Part shown: positions 35,692 through 47,943 of the stretch, piece after piece
Layout: every line of letters begins with the position of its first letter
Numbering within the stretch: position 1 is the first letter of the stretch
Assembly: GCA_031835245.2 (NCBI GenBank)
Contig: JAVKOQ020000020.1
Location: forward strand, 1-64,000
DNA: 64,000 bases
Origin: Balamuthia mandrillaris
Lineage: Eukaryota
Direction of reading: 5' to 3'
Position numbers and translations under genes: made by a program
The notes under the pieces: model-generated
Told to the model about the DNA's origin: nothing
Databases searched by the model: none
Seen by the model: only the letters and a program-made list of their open reading frames with translations

Positions 35692-36651
35692 GGAGAGAAA
35701 GCGTATTCTGATCAAGGAGTGAATACAGAGACGTGGCACACTGAAGATGGAATGCCCAACATGAGAGCTCTTTCTTGCGTGGTGCGTTTACCCTCCATCG
35801 TGCTGTTTATTTTCGGCGTTAGCTTTCTTTCTCTTGCCCTTCTCTCTCTCTCTCTCTCTCGCTCTCTCGCTCTCTCGCTCTCTCTTCTCGTTTCTGCAAA
35901 AGAGAACAGATAACTTACCAGGAGAAGATTCTTCTCGCAAGGAACATTCCCCAAAATGGAGCGTTGATGGTGATCCCATCCTCTCACAAGCGCTTCGTGG
36001 CCTGTGTTGGGGAGACTGAGAAGAACAACTGGGAGAAGTCTCTCAAGCAGCAGCAATATCTGGGCACTCCTGATCGCTCCATCGTTCGTCAGTTGGCCGA
36101 CAAGAATGGTATCACCTATTGCCAAGCGGAAGCAGGTTCCATCATTATGTTTGATTGTAACTTGCTGCATGGTTTGTTTCTTCCTCTTTTCTCCTGTCTC
36201 CTCTCTCCTTCTCTATCTTTCTATCAACGTGTAAATCAAGACCTGCGTTGGCGAAGTATGTTCGCCAGCTCTCCAAGTATCGTCACTGCGAACAAGAGTT
36301 GCTGTTGCAGTTTTCGCTCGCCTTCTTTCTTGGAGCACATGTTATTTCTTTTCTCTTTCGTCTCGCCCCATTTCTCTTTCTTTCGTGGTTGTATTTCTCT
36401 ATTTCTATGTCACCTATTGACCTCTTTCTATCACATCATAACACCAAAACACAACTTCAAAACAACACCCAGGCTCGCACACGAACATATCGCCATGGGA
36501 TCGCATGAACATATTTATGGTGTTCAACGCGCTGAGCAACAAACTGGGTGCTCCGTTCGCCTCTCCGAGCGTGCGTCCCGAACACATCGCCACGAGGGAA
36601 CCGGAGTGGGTCCGTCCCATCGATGCGCTGGTTCGTGAGGAGGCCCAGTAG
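34805..36651 (+). CDS. ectD: Ectoine hydroxylase (EctD) homolog with mitochondrial-type presequence, multi-exon
   Basis: Spliced signature GFSWHSDFETWHTEDGMP; DHYPSR, LRSIFEVH, YIHQSRVN, FDCNLLHGS, RPEHIATR; stop TAG 36649-36651. Confidence 0.88.
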
Positions 36652-36851
36652 AGCACCTCCCATCCTCCTTCGCAGATCGGTATAGATGATCGAAATTCCC
36701 AGGGAGGTTAAAAGCAGCCAATCAACAACTGAATTTCCGCACCATATTTGGTAAAAGTTTAGCGATTAGTAAAAAAGTTAAAGAACGAATTCGACTCAGT
36801 GGCTCTTTGGGGAAGAGGATCTCAAAACAGAGGAGCTAGGTCGTTGAGAAG

Positions 36852-37563
36852 ATGAAGGGGATCGTTGTGTGCTTGTTGCTTGCTTGCCTCGTTGGCAGCA
36901 TTGCTGCTGACATGTGGTTCGAGGAGGAGCCTGTCAAGAAGGTCGTTACGAGGGAGGAGCCTTCTTACGAGCGAAAGGCTCAGCTTCAAGCCGATGTCTT
37001 CGAGACTCTCACCAAGGAAGAGGCTGCTGAACTCAAGGATCCCCTTGCCAGCACGACCAACAGCGGCATGATGCACAACGTCATGCTCAAAGCTTTTGAC
37101 GAGGACGGAGACGGCCTCCTTGACTCCAAAGAACTTGCCAAGATTAACAGCCAGGTACTCATTGTTTCCAGTTCTTTGAAACGAACCTTTGTATCGCTTA
37201 TATTTTCTTGCTTCTGTCTCCAAGGCATGGTTGGACTTCCACAAGTCCATGACGCAGAAGGTCTTTGGCGCCTTGGGCCAAGTCAAGCCCGACATCTCTC
37301 ACGTGAAGGAGCAGCTGAGCCGCCGCCACAAGGCGCTCGCTGAGGGCAGGACACTGGAGGAAGTGTCTCGGGATATCAACAGCAAGATGTTCAACCACCA
37401 GTCCCTCCAGGACATCTTCCAGCACCGCATTCGCGAGGCCACCAACGCCGCTGGTACTCCTGACTGGCGGGAGGCTGACGCCAACGCTCCTCACCTCGAG
37501 CTCCATGCCAAGACCGTTCAGCAAGCCAGAAAGCTTCTTGAGCTTAGAAACCAACAGCAATAA
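36852..37563 (+). CDS. Secreted EF-hand protein
   Basis: Signal peptide MKGIVVCLLLACLVGSIAA; EF loop DEDGDGLLDSKE; intron ~37154-37223. Confidence 0.75.
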
Positions 37564-37673
37564 ACAGCACTGGTTGAGAGAACGTTGCGACCAAAAGGGA
37601 AACTAACTTACAAACCTCACACCAATATCACTGACACACTTTATTTTTACTCTCACATGTTTGCTGTATTCGT

Positions 37674-40027
37674 TCAGTCGCTGTCCTCAACGGAACTGCT
37701 GGGTGCGCTAGTTTCTTCTTGGTCGTCGCTGCTGTCTTCATCTTCACTGCTATCGTCATCGTCATCGCTGCTATCGTCGTCAGCATCGCTGCTCTCTTCG
37801 TGAAGCTCTTGGAAGGCAGATAGTTGCTCTTGGGTGGCAGAAGGAGACAAGCCCATCGCTGCTGCCGCTGTTTCAGCGGAAGGAGGAGGCAACCTTTCAG
37901 CGTAGTCGTTCTTGGTTTCATCTCGAATGATTACCATGTCATATTCTTCCTTGTTCATGGCTTGTTCTTCGGCGGCAGCGCCAACAGCAGCAAAGCTTCG
38001 TCCTCCATCCATTTGAGGTTCGTCCTCGCTGGACGAAAAGTGTTTGTTGTTGCCACTCTCATCCGCTTGAGCGCTCTTTGGGGTCTTAGGTCTCTTGGTG
38101 CGTCGTCGTTGGGGTTGTTTGCGTTGTTTGCAGACGCAACGCTTGAACATTGTCCATCCGAAACAGCAAAGACATATCAGGAAGAGGAGGAAGAGACCAA
38201 ATAGGATCACCATAATCACATAACTGTACTGCGTTCCAAACAAGTTTCCATTCACTGTTTTCAGAGAGAATGTGAGAAAAAAGCATGGAATGAGAGGCAA
38301 AGAGAGGAGAATGTACAGTCGCAAAGAACCCAGTTAAAGTCATCGCCGTCGCACTTGGCGGAGTCGTCGGGACCGATGATGGTTCCCTGTGTACAGTGGG
38401 AACCACCCTCTGGATTGGAGCACCAAACGCAGGCCACGTCCTCTCCGCAACTTGAACAACTGTCATACTTACAATCGGCTTTTTTTGAATAAAAGCAACA
38501 AGGATGAGAAACAAACAGGCACACAAAAATACAAATTAAAAAAAAAAGGTAGGAGGAGAGAGAATGAGTACAGCTGAAAAGATCGTTAAGACCGCCGATG
38601 CCAGGAACATCCTCAAAGCCGGTAGGTCGAGGTCCTTGGTCATCATCCGGGAATTCACCACAGTCCTGAGTGGCAGGGCCACCGCTGTACTGGCTTGGGT
38701 CTTCCGAGTTGGCTGGTCCTGCCGTGTTATCTAGATAGCCAGACTTATATTGGGCCACCTTTTTGAAGGAGAAATGAGAACAGAGAACATAAACATAAGA
38801 GAGAGAGAGAGAGAGACCTCGGCGTGCATACGATCGGCCTGTCCTTGAGTAAACCTGTCAAGGCAGTCATCAGGAGAGTAATCCATAAAGTTGGTGACAG
38901 GATCATTTCCAGCCAGGTCAGGGCATGTATCCCTGCTCGTGTCGCAGCCGTCCATGTTGGCGGTCTTCTCGAAGGGCGTGTCATCGACGTAGTCTCCGGG
39001 AGAGGCGCAGCCATCTCCGTTCGTCGCTTGGAAAGTGTGCAGCAATCCCAGATGATGGCCAACCTCGTGCACTGCCGTATCTCCCTCTCCATAGCGTGTC
39101 GAGCAACCACCTGTTCGTTTTGGTTTCATGGTAAGTGTTAATGCGTTTTTCTTATGTTCCCTCTCTTGCTCTCTTTTCTCTTTCCTCTCTTTCTCTCTTG
39201 CTCTCTTCTCTCTCTTCCCTCTCCCTCTCTCTCTCTCTCTCTCTTCTCTCTGCTCTTTTTAAAAATAACAGTTTACCAGGTTGAACGGTGGAGCGACAGT
39301 AGACGCCATGACGAGGGTCAGCTGCGTTGCCAAAGGAAGAAGGCAGGTAAGCAAAGCCAAGCGGTTCCAACAAGGGGCAAACGTAATAGTTGAGTTGAGT
39401 CGCCGTGTTCACGGACAGCGTTTGCACCATCTCTTGGAAAGCCTCGGTGTCAGGGTTGCAGGTCACCCAGTCGTCGTTCTGGCCGCGGTCGATCGAGTTG
39501 GTGTAGAAGTAAATCTCCCACTCGTTGAACGCAACATTCAGCGCTTCCGTTTGAGCCAGCATTTGCGAGTTTGGCACATCGCCTTTGGATTTTTCATCAG
39601 ATGGGAGGAAAGCGTTACCAAAGAAAAAAAATAAAAAAAAATAGATAACAAATCAAAAATAAAAAATAAATAAAAAAGAAGAAAGACAAAAAAAAAGAGA
39701 GAGAGAGAGAGAAAAAAAGAAAAGAATGACAAACAAAAAAAAAGGAGAGAAAAAATAAAGTGGAGGGACTTGGTTACCAGAGCCGTTGGCGTAGGTAATG
39801 ATGTGGTAGTTGATAGGGACGTAAAAGGCTTGCAATTGTCGCTTCTCCCGCATGCGCTTCATGTGGGCAATGTTCTCCTTGGTCACCGCGGACAGTTCCT
39901 GGACTCTCTGCAGGCCTAGTTCCTGAAGGATGGGGCGCATGCTGTGGTCGAAGCCGCACCGGGCCTCGCAGGAGCGGAAGGCGGCCAGGGCCACCACGAC
40001 CAACACCAACACCAACAATTTTTGCAT
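37674..40027 (-). CDS. Membrane-anchored M43 (pappalysin/ulilysin-like) zinc metalloprotease with PSI-like Cys domain, TM helix and acidic tail
   Basis: Signal peptide + ARCG propeptide Cys; [13 protein letters not shown]; Met-turn NFMDYS; CSSC....CVWC; TM segment; multi-exon. Confidence 0.87.
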
Positions 40028-41503
40028 CTTTTGTTCTTTCTTCTTCTCGAAAAAAAAGAAGAAGAAGGTCGTTATTTTTTCTCTCTCTCTCTCTCTTCTG
40101 TTCTTCCAGATTTTTAAAATAAAAGTAAATGAGAGCTGCGGCGAAAACGGAGTAACTGGATTTTAAATGAATAATTTGATGCGGTTGTGCGCAAAGGCGG
40201 GTGCAAATTACTGATGAAATGTTGGCCTGTGGTTCCGACAGGAAAAGCCTGGCTCTTTGGAGCGGACAAACAAAGCCCACCTCCGTTTACAGGGAGGGCT
40301 CTAAAACTATAATTACCGGGTAATTAGAAGGGTAATTCGAAAATTAATTGTCCCGTTCGGGTTGCCTAATCGCAGCGTGGCGTGATTTGCCAAACGAACG
40401 GCGCTGAAATGCCTGAAAAATAGCTGCCGGCGCCAGAAAGTTGGAAAACTATGCCAGATTGATGGGTGAAAAAAAGGCAGACGTAAGGGTTGAAAATGGT
40501 AGAAAAGTAAGAAAGAAACAGGGAGACAAACGACGGAAAGGCCGTGCAGCCAATACCCCGACTGCAAAGCGGGGGTCGAAAACTCCGAATGGATGCATCC
40601 CGTTCGCTCTCACTCTCTCTTCCCTCGGTTCCGAGTTGGCCCTCGTCGTATGCTACTCCCCGCTTTTTTTATCCATGAGAGGCTTCCACGCTTCCTCTCT
40701 TTATCTCTTCTCCTCCCTTGATTCTCTCGGAGGATTATTATTCGCAACCCTTGAAGTCAAAATACATGTGCTCATGTGTGAGCGTCCGTCAAAACAAAGC
40801 GGCCTTGGCGTTTGTTCAGTTTTATATGATAGATAGACATAAAAGCCCACTTTTTTTGGGCTTTGGCCGAGCGTAATGCCGCTCTCTTGCATAATTAACA
40901 ATTCCACTCCACATACATAGTAATTGTGTATCGGCCACCTGCAACCAAAAACTGAAAAAGCGAGAGAGAGAAGGCGCGAGAGAGAGAGAGAGGGTCCCAG
41001 CTTTGCATCACGTCGTTGGAGTCCCTTCCTTTCCTTTTGATAAGTCTGGGAGTCGTCGACGCGCTTCAAATAATACATTATAATACAAAGGGGCAACGAA
41101 AAAGAAGAAAAAGGGAGGAGCACAAGCAAGTGGAAGAGGAAGGCCAGCAGGAGGGGTTTTTTGTTTTGGCGGTCCTCCAGCCAGAAAAATAGCCATTGGG
41201 TACCTTTCTTGTTTCTTCTTGGTTTTGGATTTTATGTAACCCACTTGATTTTTTTCTTGTGGTTGCTAATTTCTCAGGTAGTGTGATTGCTTCTTCTTCA
41301 GTCTCAGCTTCGGCTGGCCTTGTACCATCGAAGGAGGAGGAGGAGGTGGAAGTGAGACACTCTACGCCAACAAAAAAAAAGACGATCGAACCTTTTTCTT
41401 CTTCTTCTTCCTTCCAACCTTAAAAAAACAACGTTTCCAAGAGACCGCACAACAACAACAAAAAAAGAGGGACCTTTTGGAGGGACGTAACGAAACAACA
41501 AAG

Positions 41504-43976
41504 ATGAGCGCAACCTCGACTCAACCGCTCAGCAACACGAGTTTCACCAACGTGCAAGCCCTCGCTCTCCACTCTGCCATCCGCAGCGGCAACCTCGCCG
41601 AGCTTCGCAAGCAGGTCAAGCAGCTCTCCCAGCAGCAACGCCGGAGCAGCAACAGCAAGCAACAGCCCTCCTCCTCCTCAGCGTCGGCTCACAAGCCGAC
41701 CCTCTTAGAGGCCCTTCAAACGAGGGACAGACACGGGCGCACCCCCTTTCACGTGGCCGCCGAGCAAGGCAAGCTCGACGCCATCAAGTACCTGCTGCGG
41801 AAGCTGCCGGTGCCGCCCTCTCAGGCCTACGATCTGGTCCACGCAGAGGACAAGCAAGGCTGGACTCCTCTCCACGTGGCGTGCTCGCTGCCCAACGTCC
41901 GCTTGGTGCATTACTTGCTGCATAACAGCTACTGCCCCTCGGAGCACGCCCCAAAGACGATCAACCTCTCCATCCCGCTGCACTATTTGGTGCGGCACGA
42001 CTTCCCTCCTCCTCCCGTTTCTTCTTCTGCGGCAGCTTCTGGCGCCTCCCCTTCTTCTTCGGGATCTATCCGTTCGTTTTCTTTCTCGCTCTCTGCCTCT
42101 TCTTCGTCTGCTTTGCACTCCCCTTCGTCTTCGTCTGATGCGACACAACAACAAGAGAACAGCTCTCCTAAAGAGAGTAAAGAGAGAAAGGAGGAGGTGA
42201 AGTTGTTTTGGTCTTTGATGGACGAGCTGATGACCGGGAATTGCGTCAACACGGCCAACAATGCTGGAGACACGCCCCTCCACTCAGCTGTAAGTCTAGG
42301 AAATAACGTTCATGTAGTCGCTATGCTCCTCCAAAAAGGAGCTCAACTCGACGCGACTAATACGTGCGTTCTTTCATTTATGTCCTCGTTCTTTCTTCTT
42401 CTTCTTCTTCTTCTTTCTTTCTTCTTTCTGCTTTCTGCTTTCTTCTTTCTTCTTTCTTCTTCTTTCTTCTTGTTTCTTGTTTCTTGTTTCTTGTTTCTTC
42501 TTTCTTGTTTCTTGTTTCTTCTTTCTTTCTTCTTTCTTCTCTTTTGTGATTTGTCATATGCTTTTGTATTTATGTATTTCTCTGTGACAGTTTGGGAGAG
42601 ACTCCGCTGCATCGTGCGGTGATGACACAGAAAGAGCATATGGTGGAAACATTGTTGGCATGGGGAGCTGATCCGAACCAGGCCAAGTCTCAGTTGGGTT
42701 CTCCAAAGGAAGTAGCTGTGCAAGTGGGTAACAAGAACATACTTGCTCTCTTCGAGCTATATGGTTTGTTATCCTATTAGACGCTTCTTTAGTTTGTTCT
42801 AGCTTTCTTATTGTTTCCTTCTCGTTTTTTGTCATTACCAGATAAACCTGGAACGCTTGCCAAACCACCAGTCACAGACCAACAGAGCAAACGTTGGTCC
42901 AGAGGTAGCCGCAAGTCTTCGAAAGCCATCGCTACTGCCGCCTCTCCTCCTCCTTCTCCCTCCTCTGCTTCCTCTTCTTCCTCTATACCTTCAAACGCCA
43001 AAAGTCTCTCCCTGGAAGCAATGGCCTTCATCTCAAAACTGGACAGCAAGAAAGATCGGCATGGTCGTCCTCCGTTGCTCATCGCCGTAGAAGCCGGCAA
43101 ATACGAAGCCGTTAGCCATCTCCTTCACAACACGAAACGAGAGGATTTGACTCTCACCGATCGAAACGGTTGGAACGCTCTTCACGTGGCCTGCTCCTGC
43201 GGTCATCTTAGCATCATCGACCTGCTCATCAACAACAACGTCTGCCCGTTCAGCGTGAACGCCACTTCGGTGGATCTCTCCACACCTTTACATTACATGG
43301 TTCGGTTGAAGCCTCCTCCGCCTGATCCTGCCAAGAAGCAGAAGAAAGCTGCTTCTGAACATAAGACCTCTTTGGGTACGTTTTTTTTTTTTGAAGTATT
43401 TATGTCTTGTTTTGTTATTTTTTAACGCTCTTTATGTGCTCCTACAGAACGAAGATCTCTTGGTTTTCACAGAGCAGCTATCTATGATGAAGATAAGTTC
43501 TTTTCGTTGATGCGACAGCTCTTGGGCTTCAAACATTCCAACGTAAATGCCGCGAATCGAAATGGGGATACGCCACTGCACACGGTTGCAAGCAAGGCGC
43601 ACTCCCTCAAAATTTTGAAGTTCCTGCTCCATCACGGCGCCAATGTCAATAGTGTCAACAAGTAAGGCCCACCTAGTTTCGCTATCTCTACCCCTTTCTC
43701 CTAACAAGTTGGCAAAAAAAAAAGATTTGGAGAATCATGCTTGCACATGGCTGTACGTTCTGGAGATAGCAGGTTTGTGAGGAAACTATTGGCACATGGA
43801 GCCAATCCGACCCTGATGGGCGCCCAGGGAACGCCTATAGATGTGGCTCGTATCTCCAACTTACCTCGAATTGTACGGTTACTCAAAGAACAAGGTGAGC
43901 ACACTTTTTACAACAAAACTATAACAAGCTGTTGCTTCCTGTAGTCTACTTTTTTATTGTATCACCTTTCTCACTC

Positions 43977-44013
<37 letters not shown>

Positions 44014-45120
44014 GTGTTCCATCCCTCAAGCTGAAGATATGGTGAACTCGGCGAGTGTGGACACGGATAGTGGATCAGAAAGCCTAGCCAGCGATTTATC
44101 TTTTGGTGGGGATGACTTTTGCAGTTCGTCATCCTCTCCCTCAGATATTGATGAATACTTTGGCGGTGTACCCGGTCTGCAAGCAGCTTCTGTTTCGAGA
44201 AAAGCCTCCGGAGTATCATTCAAGATCCCAGCTGCTTCGCAAGCATCTGCATCAGCTGCTCCTCCTTCCGCCGCCACCCCTAATCCCTCTCCCCCTTCTT
44301 CTCTCGCTTCCTCATTGTCTTCATCTCTCACTTGGTCTTCTGCTTCGGAGGACATACCCAAGAAAACTGGACCCACAGGTCGACCACTCTCAAGAAAAGC
44401 TTCCGTTTCACTGCTTTCGCTTGCCACTGTGGAAGCTGACAAAGAACCGGACTTTGAACCCAATGCTGATGTGCTTACTCTTTACGGCAAAATGAAACCA
44501 GAAGCAAGCCGCAAAAAGGACGAAGCGCCAAACAGCCAAGAAGCCACCGAAAAAGAAAAGAAAAAGGAAGACAGCAAAGGGGACGAGGAGGCAAGTTCAA
44601 CGGCGATTAAAGACAAAAAGACAACAGAAAAGACGGAAATAGAAGAGGCAGAAACAACACCAAAGGAAAAGGATGGCGCATCGTCAGATGTTGAAATATC
44701 ACTGGAGAAAGATTACGAGGAAATGTTGGTGGTACTGCAGCAGTTGGGCATCGCTCAATACGAACCTATGTTTAAGGAAGAAGCGATAGGCATGCGGGCG
44801 CTTCAACTTCTCACCGATGAAGATTTGAAGAGTTTGGGCATCAAACTTGGACATAGACGAGTTCTTCTCGACTACTTGAAGGAACAAAAGAAGAAAAAGA
44901 AAAAGGAAAAAGAAAAGAAAAAGATGGAAATGGAGAAGGCTGAGGAAGAGTCGCGTCACAATAACAATGACAAGAGCAATAGTAGAAGGAGAAGAAGGAG
45001 ACGACGCACCAACGAAGAAACGCCCAGTGGATCGTGCGTTACAGAGGCGGAATGCAAACCGAGCATATCTCTTGCCGATGTGACTATCGAGGAACCATTG
45101 GGCAGAGGTTCTATTCGCAC

Positions 45121-45155
<35 letters not shown>

Positions 45156-46320
45156 CCTCCCCCCCCTCTCTCTCTCTCTCTCTCCCCCTTGGTTTCCTTT
45201 GCTGTTGTTTGCTCATTCTCTCTCATTGATAAAAGGAGCGCATGGATCAGTTTATAAAGGTAAACTAAGAGGAATGACAACGGTGGCTGTCAAGAAGCTT
45301 GTTGGCGTCAACAAACAATCTTATCTTAGGGAAGCTTATATCATGGAGTGCGTTTTTTCGGATTTTGTCTTGATCGTTGTTGCTCACATCTAACAAACAA
45401 TCATCATTACCCAAACAACTAAAACAAAGGCAAATTCCAAACCATCCAAACGTGGTAACCATGTATGGAATGGCAGAATCAGAACAAGCGCTCTTTATTG
45501 TGGTGGAATACGTGCCTGGTGGCTCCGTTCACGACTTTCTTCGGAGCCATGAGGGAAAACTGAGCGTGGCCACTCTGTTGGGCATGGCCAAGGATGTGGT
45601 TACCGGCATGGAGCACCTTCACTCCAACAACATCGTGCATAGGGACCTTGCGTCCAGAAACCTCTTGTTAGAAACCTATTCTGTCAATTGTTACCGAGTG
45701 AAGGCACGTTTCTTTCATTAGATTATTATTGTTGTTCCTCTTTCTAACTTGGCTCTCCTTAAGGTGTGTGACTTTGGACTATCTCGTGCTATTGACGAGT
45801 ACTACCAATGTAAGACCGAAAACGCTCAAGTTGCTATCAAATGGACTGCCCCTGAAGCCCTTCGTTTCCAAAAATTTACAAGCCAATCGGATGTTTGGAG
45901 GTTCTCCTTTCGCTTCTACGCTTCTCCCTTCGCTGCTATTCTCTCGTTCTCTGCTATTCTCTTCTAGTTCCTTATATCCTCTTCTCTTGCCGCAGCTTCT
46001 CCGCTTATTCTCTCTCTCTTCGCTGATCTTTTATCGTAAACAGTTTCGGAGTGACTCTATGGGAGTTGTTCAGTTTTGGCGAAGTGCCATATGCCGGCAT
46101 GTCTAACATGGAAGTAATGGATATGGTCAGCAAGCACAACTTTCGGTTGGCCAAACCGGATGAATGCCCTCAACCGGTATATGATCTCATGAGCCGTTGC
46201 TGGGCGGCCAATCCAGAGGAGCGCCCCACCTGGCTTGAGATATACCAAACTTTGGAGGACCTGCTGGATACCTATGATGGAGGGTTGCGAGAAGAGGAGG
46301 AGAAGGAGTGTCCCTCCTAA
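41504..46320 (+). CDS. Ankyrin-repeat + SAM + tyrosine-kinase-type protein kinase, multi-exon
   Basis: Many TPLH ankyrin repeats; SAM ([13 protein letters not shown]...[15 protein letters not shown]); [34 protein letters not shown]. Confidence 0.9.
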
Positions 46321-46336
46321 ATTATTCTCTTTTCTT

Positions 46337-46513
<177 letters not shown>

Positions 46514-46710
46514 GTAGTTTTTATTTTTTAACGCCACAAAATAAAAGTGATGGTGGTAGAGAGAAGGAGAGAGGACATGAGAGAGGACAAGAGAGGATTG
46601 TGACGTCATCCACCTTAAAATTTAATTTATTTATTTATTTTCTAATTTTATTCTTTTTTATTTTATTTTTTCTTTCTCAGCGAAACAAAGAGAGCGTGGC
46701 TGCAGCGATC

Positions 46711-47887
46711 ATGGTAGGTGGCCACTGCGGTGTGTGTGTGCAGGGGTTGCGCCACTCTTTAGGTTTTAACTAACTTGATGCACCCTTTTTTTTTTCCTGC
46801 TTTCTGCAGCCGAGGTTTGTGTTGAAGTGGTCAGCAGATCTTGAAGGTAATTTATTATCTTTTACCATACTTTTTTTTTGAGTTAATTTTGTGTGTTGAT
46901 TGAGTTTTTTTTTGTGTGTTTGTTTGGGTCACTTACTTATTCTTTTGGACAAAGTAGCACTGTCCTAACGCTCTCCTACTCACAAAGGTGTGGCCCGAGT
47001 GTCCCCTTCCAACGATATTCGCTACTATTTAAAGGTTTGCACTCTCGTGAGCTTTCAGCCCTTATCTTCTCTTCCTCTCTCTTGCTCTCTCTCTCTCTCT
47101 CTCTCTTTGCTCTCTTTTCTCGACAAGGATGTTTGTTATATCTTAGAGGCTGTTATTGAAATATTTCTTCATGAAACGAACAAGATATACTGAGATCAAT
47201 TCTTTCTATTATCTCTTACTCTTTCTCTTTTTTTTTGTGCACGCACCGATCAACTGATTTCTTTTGTTAAACAACCATCAGCTCAAATGTAACAATTGTG
47301 GGGAACAATTGGGCAACGATTGGATCTACGTTACCCCATTGGTTAGTTGCTCTCTCCTCCTTTCCTAACAATCTTTCCTCCTGTTTGTGCGATGCGTTTT
47401 GATTGACCCTGCCTGTCGGCGAACTGTAGGAAACTGCCCAAGTGACTGGTAGTCGCGGCAGTGCCAATCTTGTCGTGAGGTGTAAATTCTGCAAGCGAGA
47501 GCATTCGCTTGACATTGGTTTGTTAATATTTTAACCTTTCTTTTTTCGTCTTCCCTATAACTGATGTTTTAAACAATAACAGAAGGTGCACCATCTGCTC
47601 TTGAAAAGAGCGGCAAAATGACCAATCTCGTAATGTTTGAGTGTCGCGGCTTAGAACCCATCGAATGGGATCCAAGAGTAAGCTTGTTTCTCTTTTCCCT
47701 TCTTTTTTTTAAAAGAAGTGGTTAACACTCTTTTTTATTATGCCAACAGAATGGGTTTGATGTGCAGACAGAGAGTGGCACAGCGTTTTCGGATGTGAAT
47801 CTATCGGAGGACTGGTGCGAGTTTGACGAGGAAGCCAACGAATCGGTTGGTATCTACAACCTCAAGTGGACCATCGACAGGCAGTAA
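46711..47887 (+). CDS. CZIB: DUF866 / CXXC zinc-binding protein (C1orf123/CZIB), many micro-exons
   Basis: LKCNNCGE, GSRGSANLVVRCKFCKRE, FECRGLEPIEW, EDWCEFDEEANESVGI; first exon is the ATG only. Confidence 0.88.
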
Positions 47888-47943
47888 AGTCAAGCTTGCT
47901 TCTTCCATTCATGTAGATACCAAAAAAGAAGAAATAATGCTCC

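Noticed and set aside
17787..36651. asd plus ectD as an ectoine biosynthesis cluster
   Set aside because: They are ~16 kb apart with unrelated genes between, and no ectA/B/C or aspartokinase is in the window; asd is a housekeeping gene.
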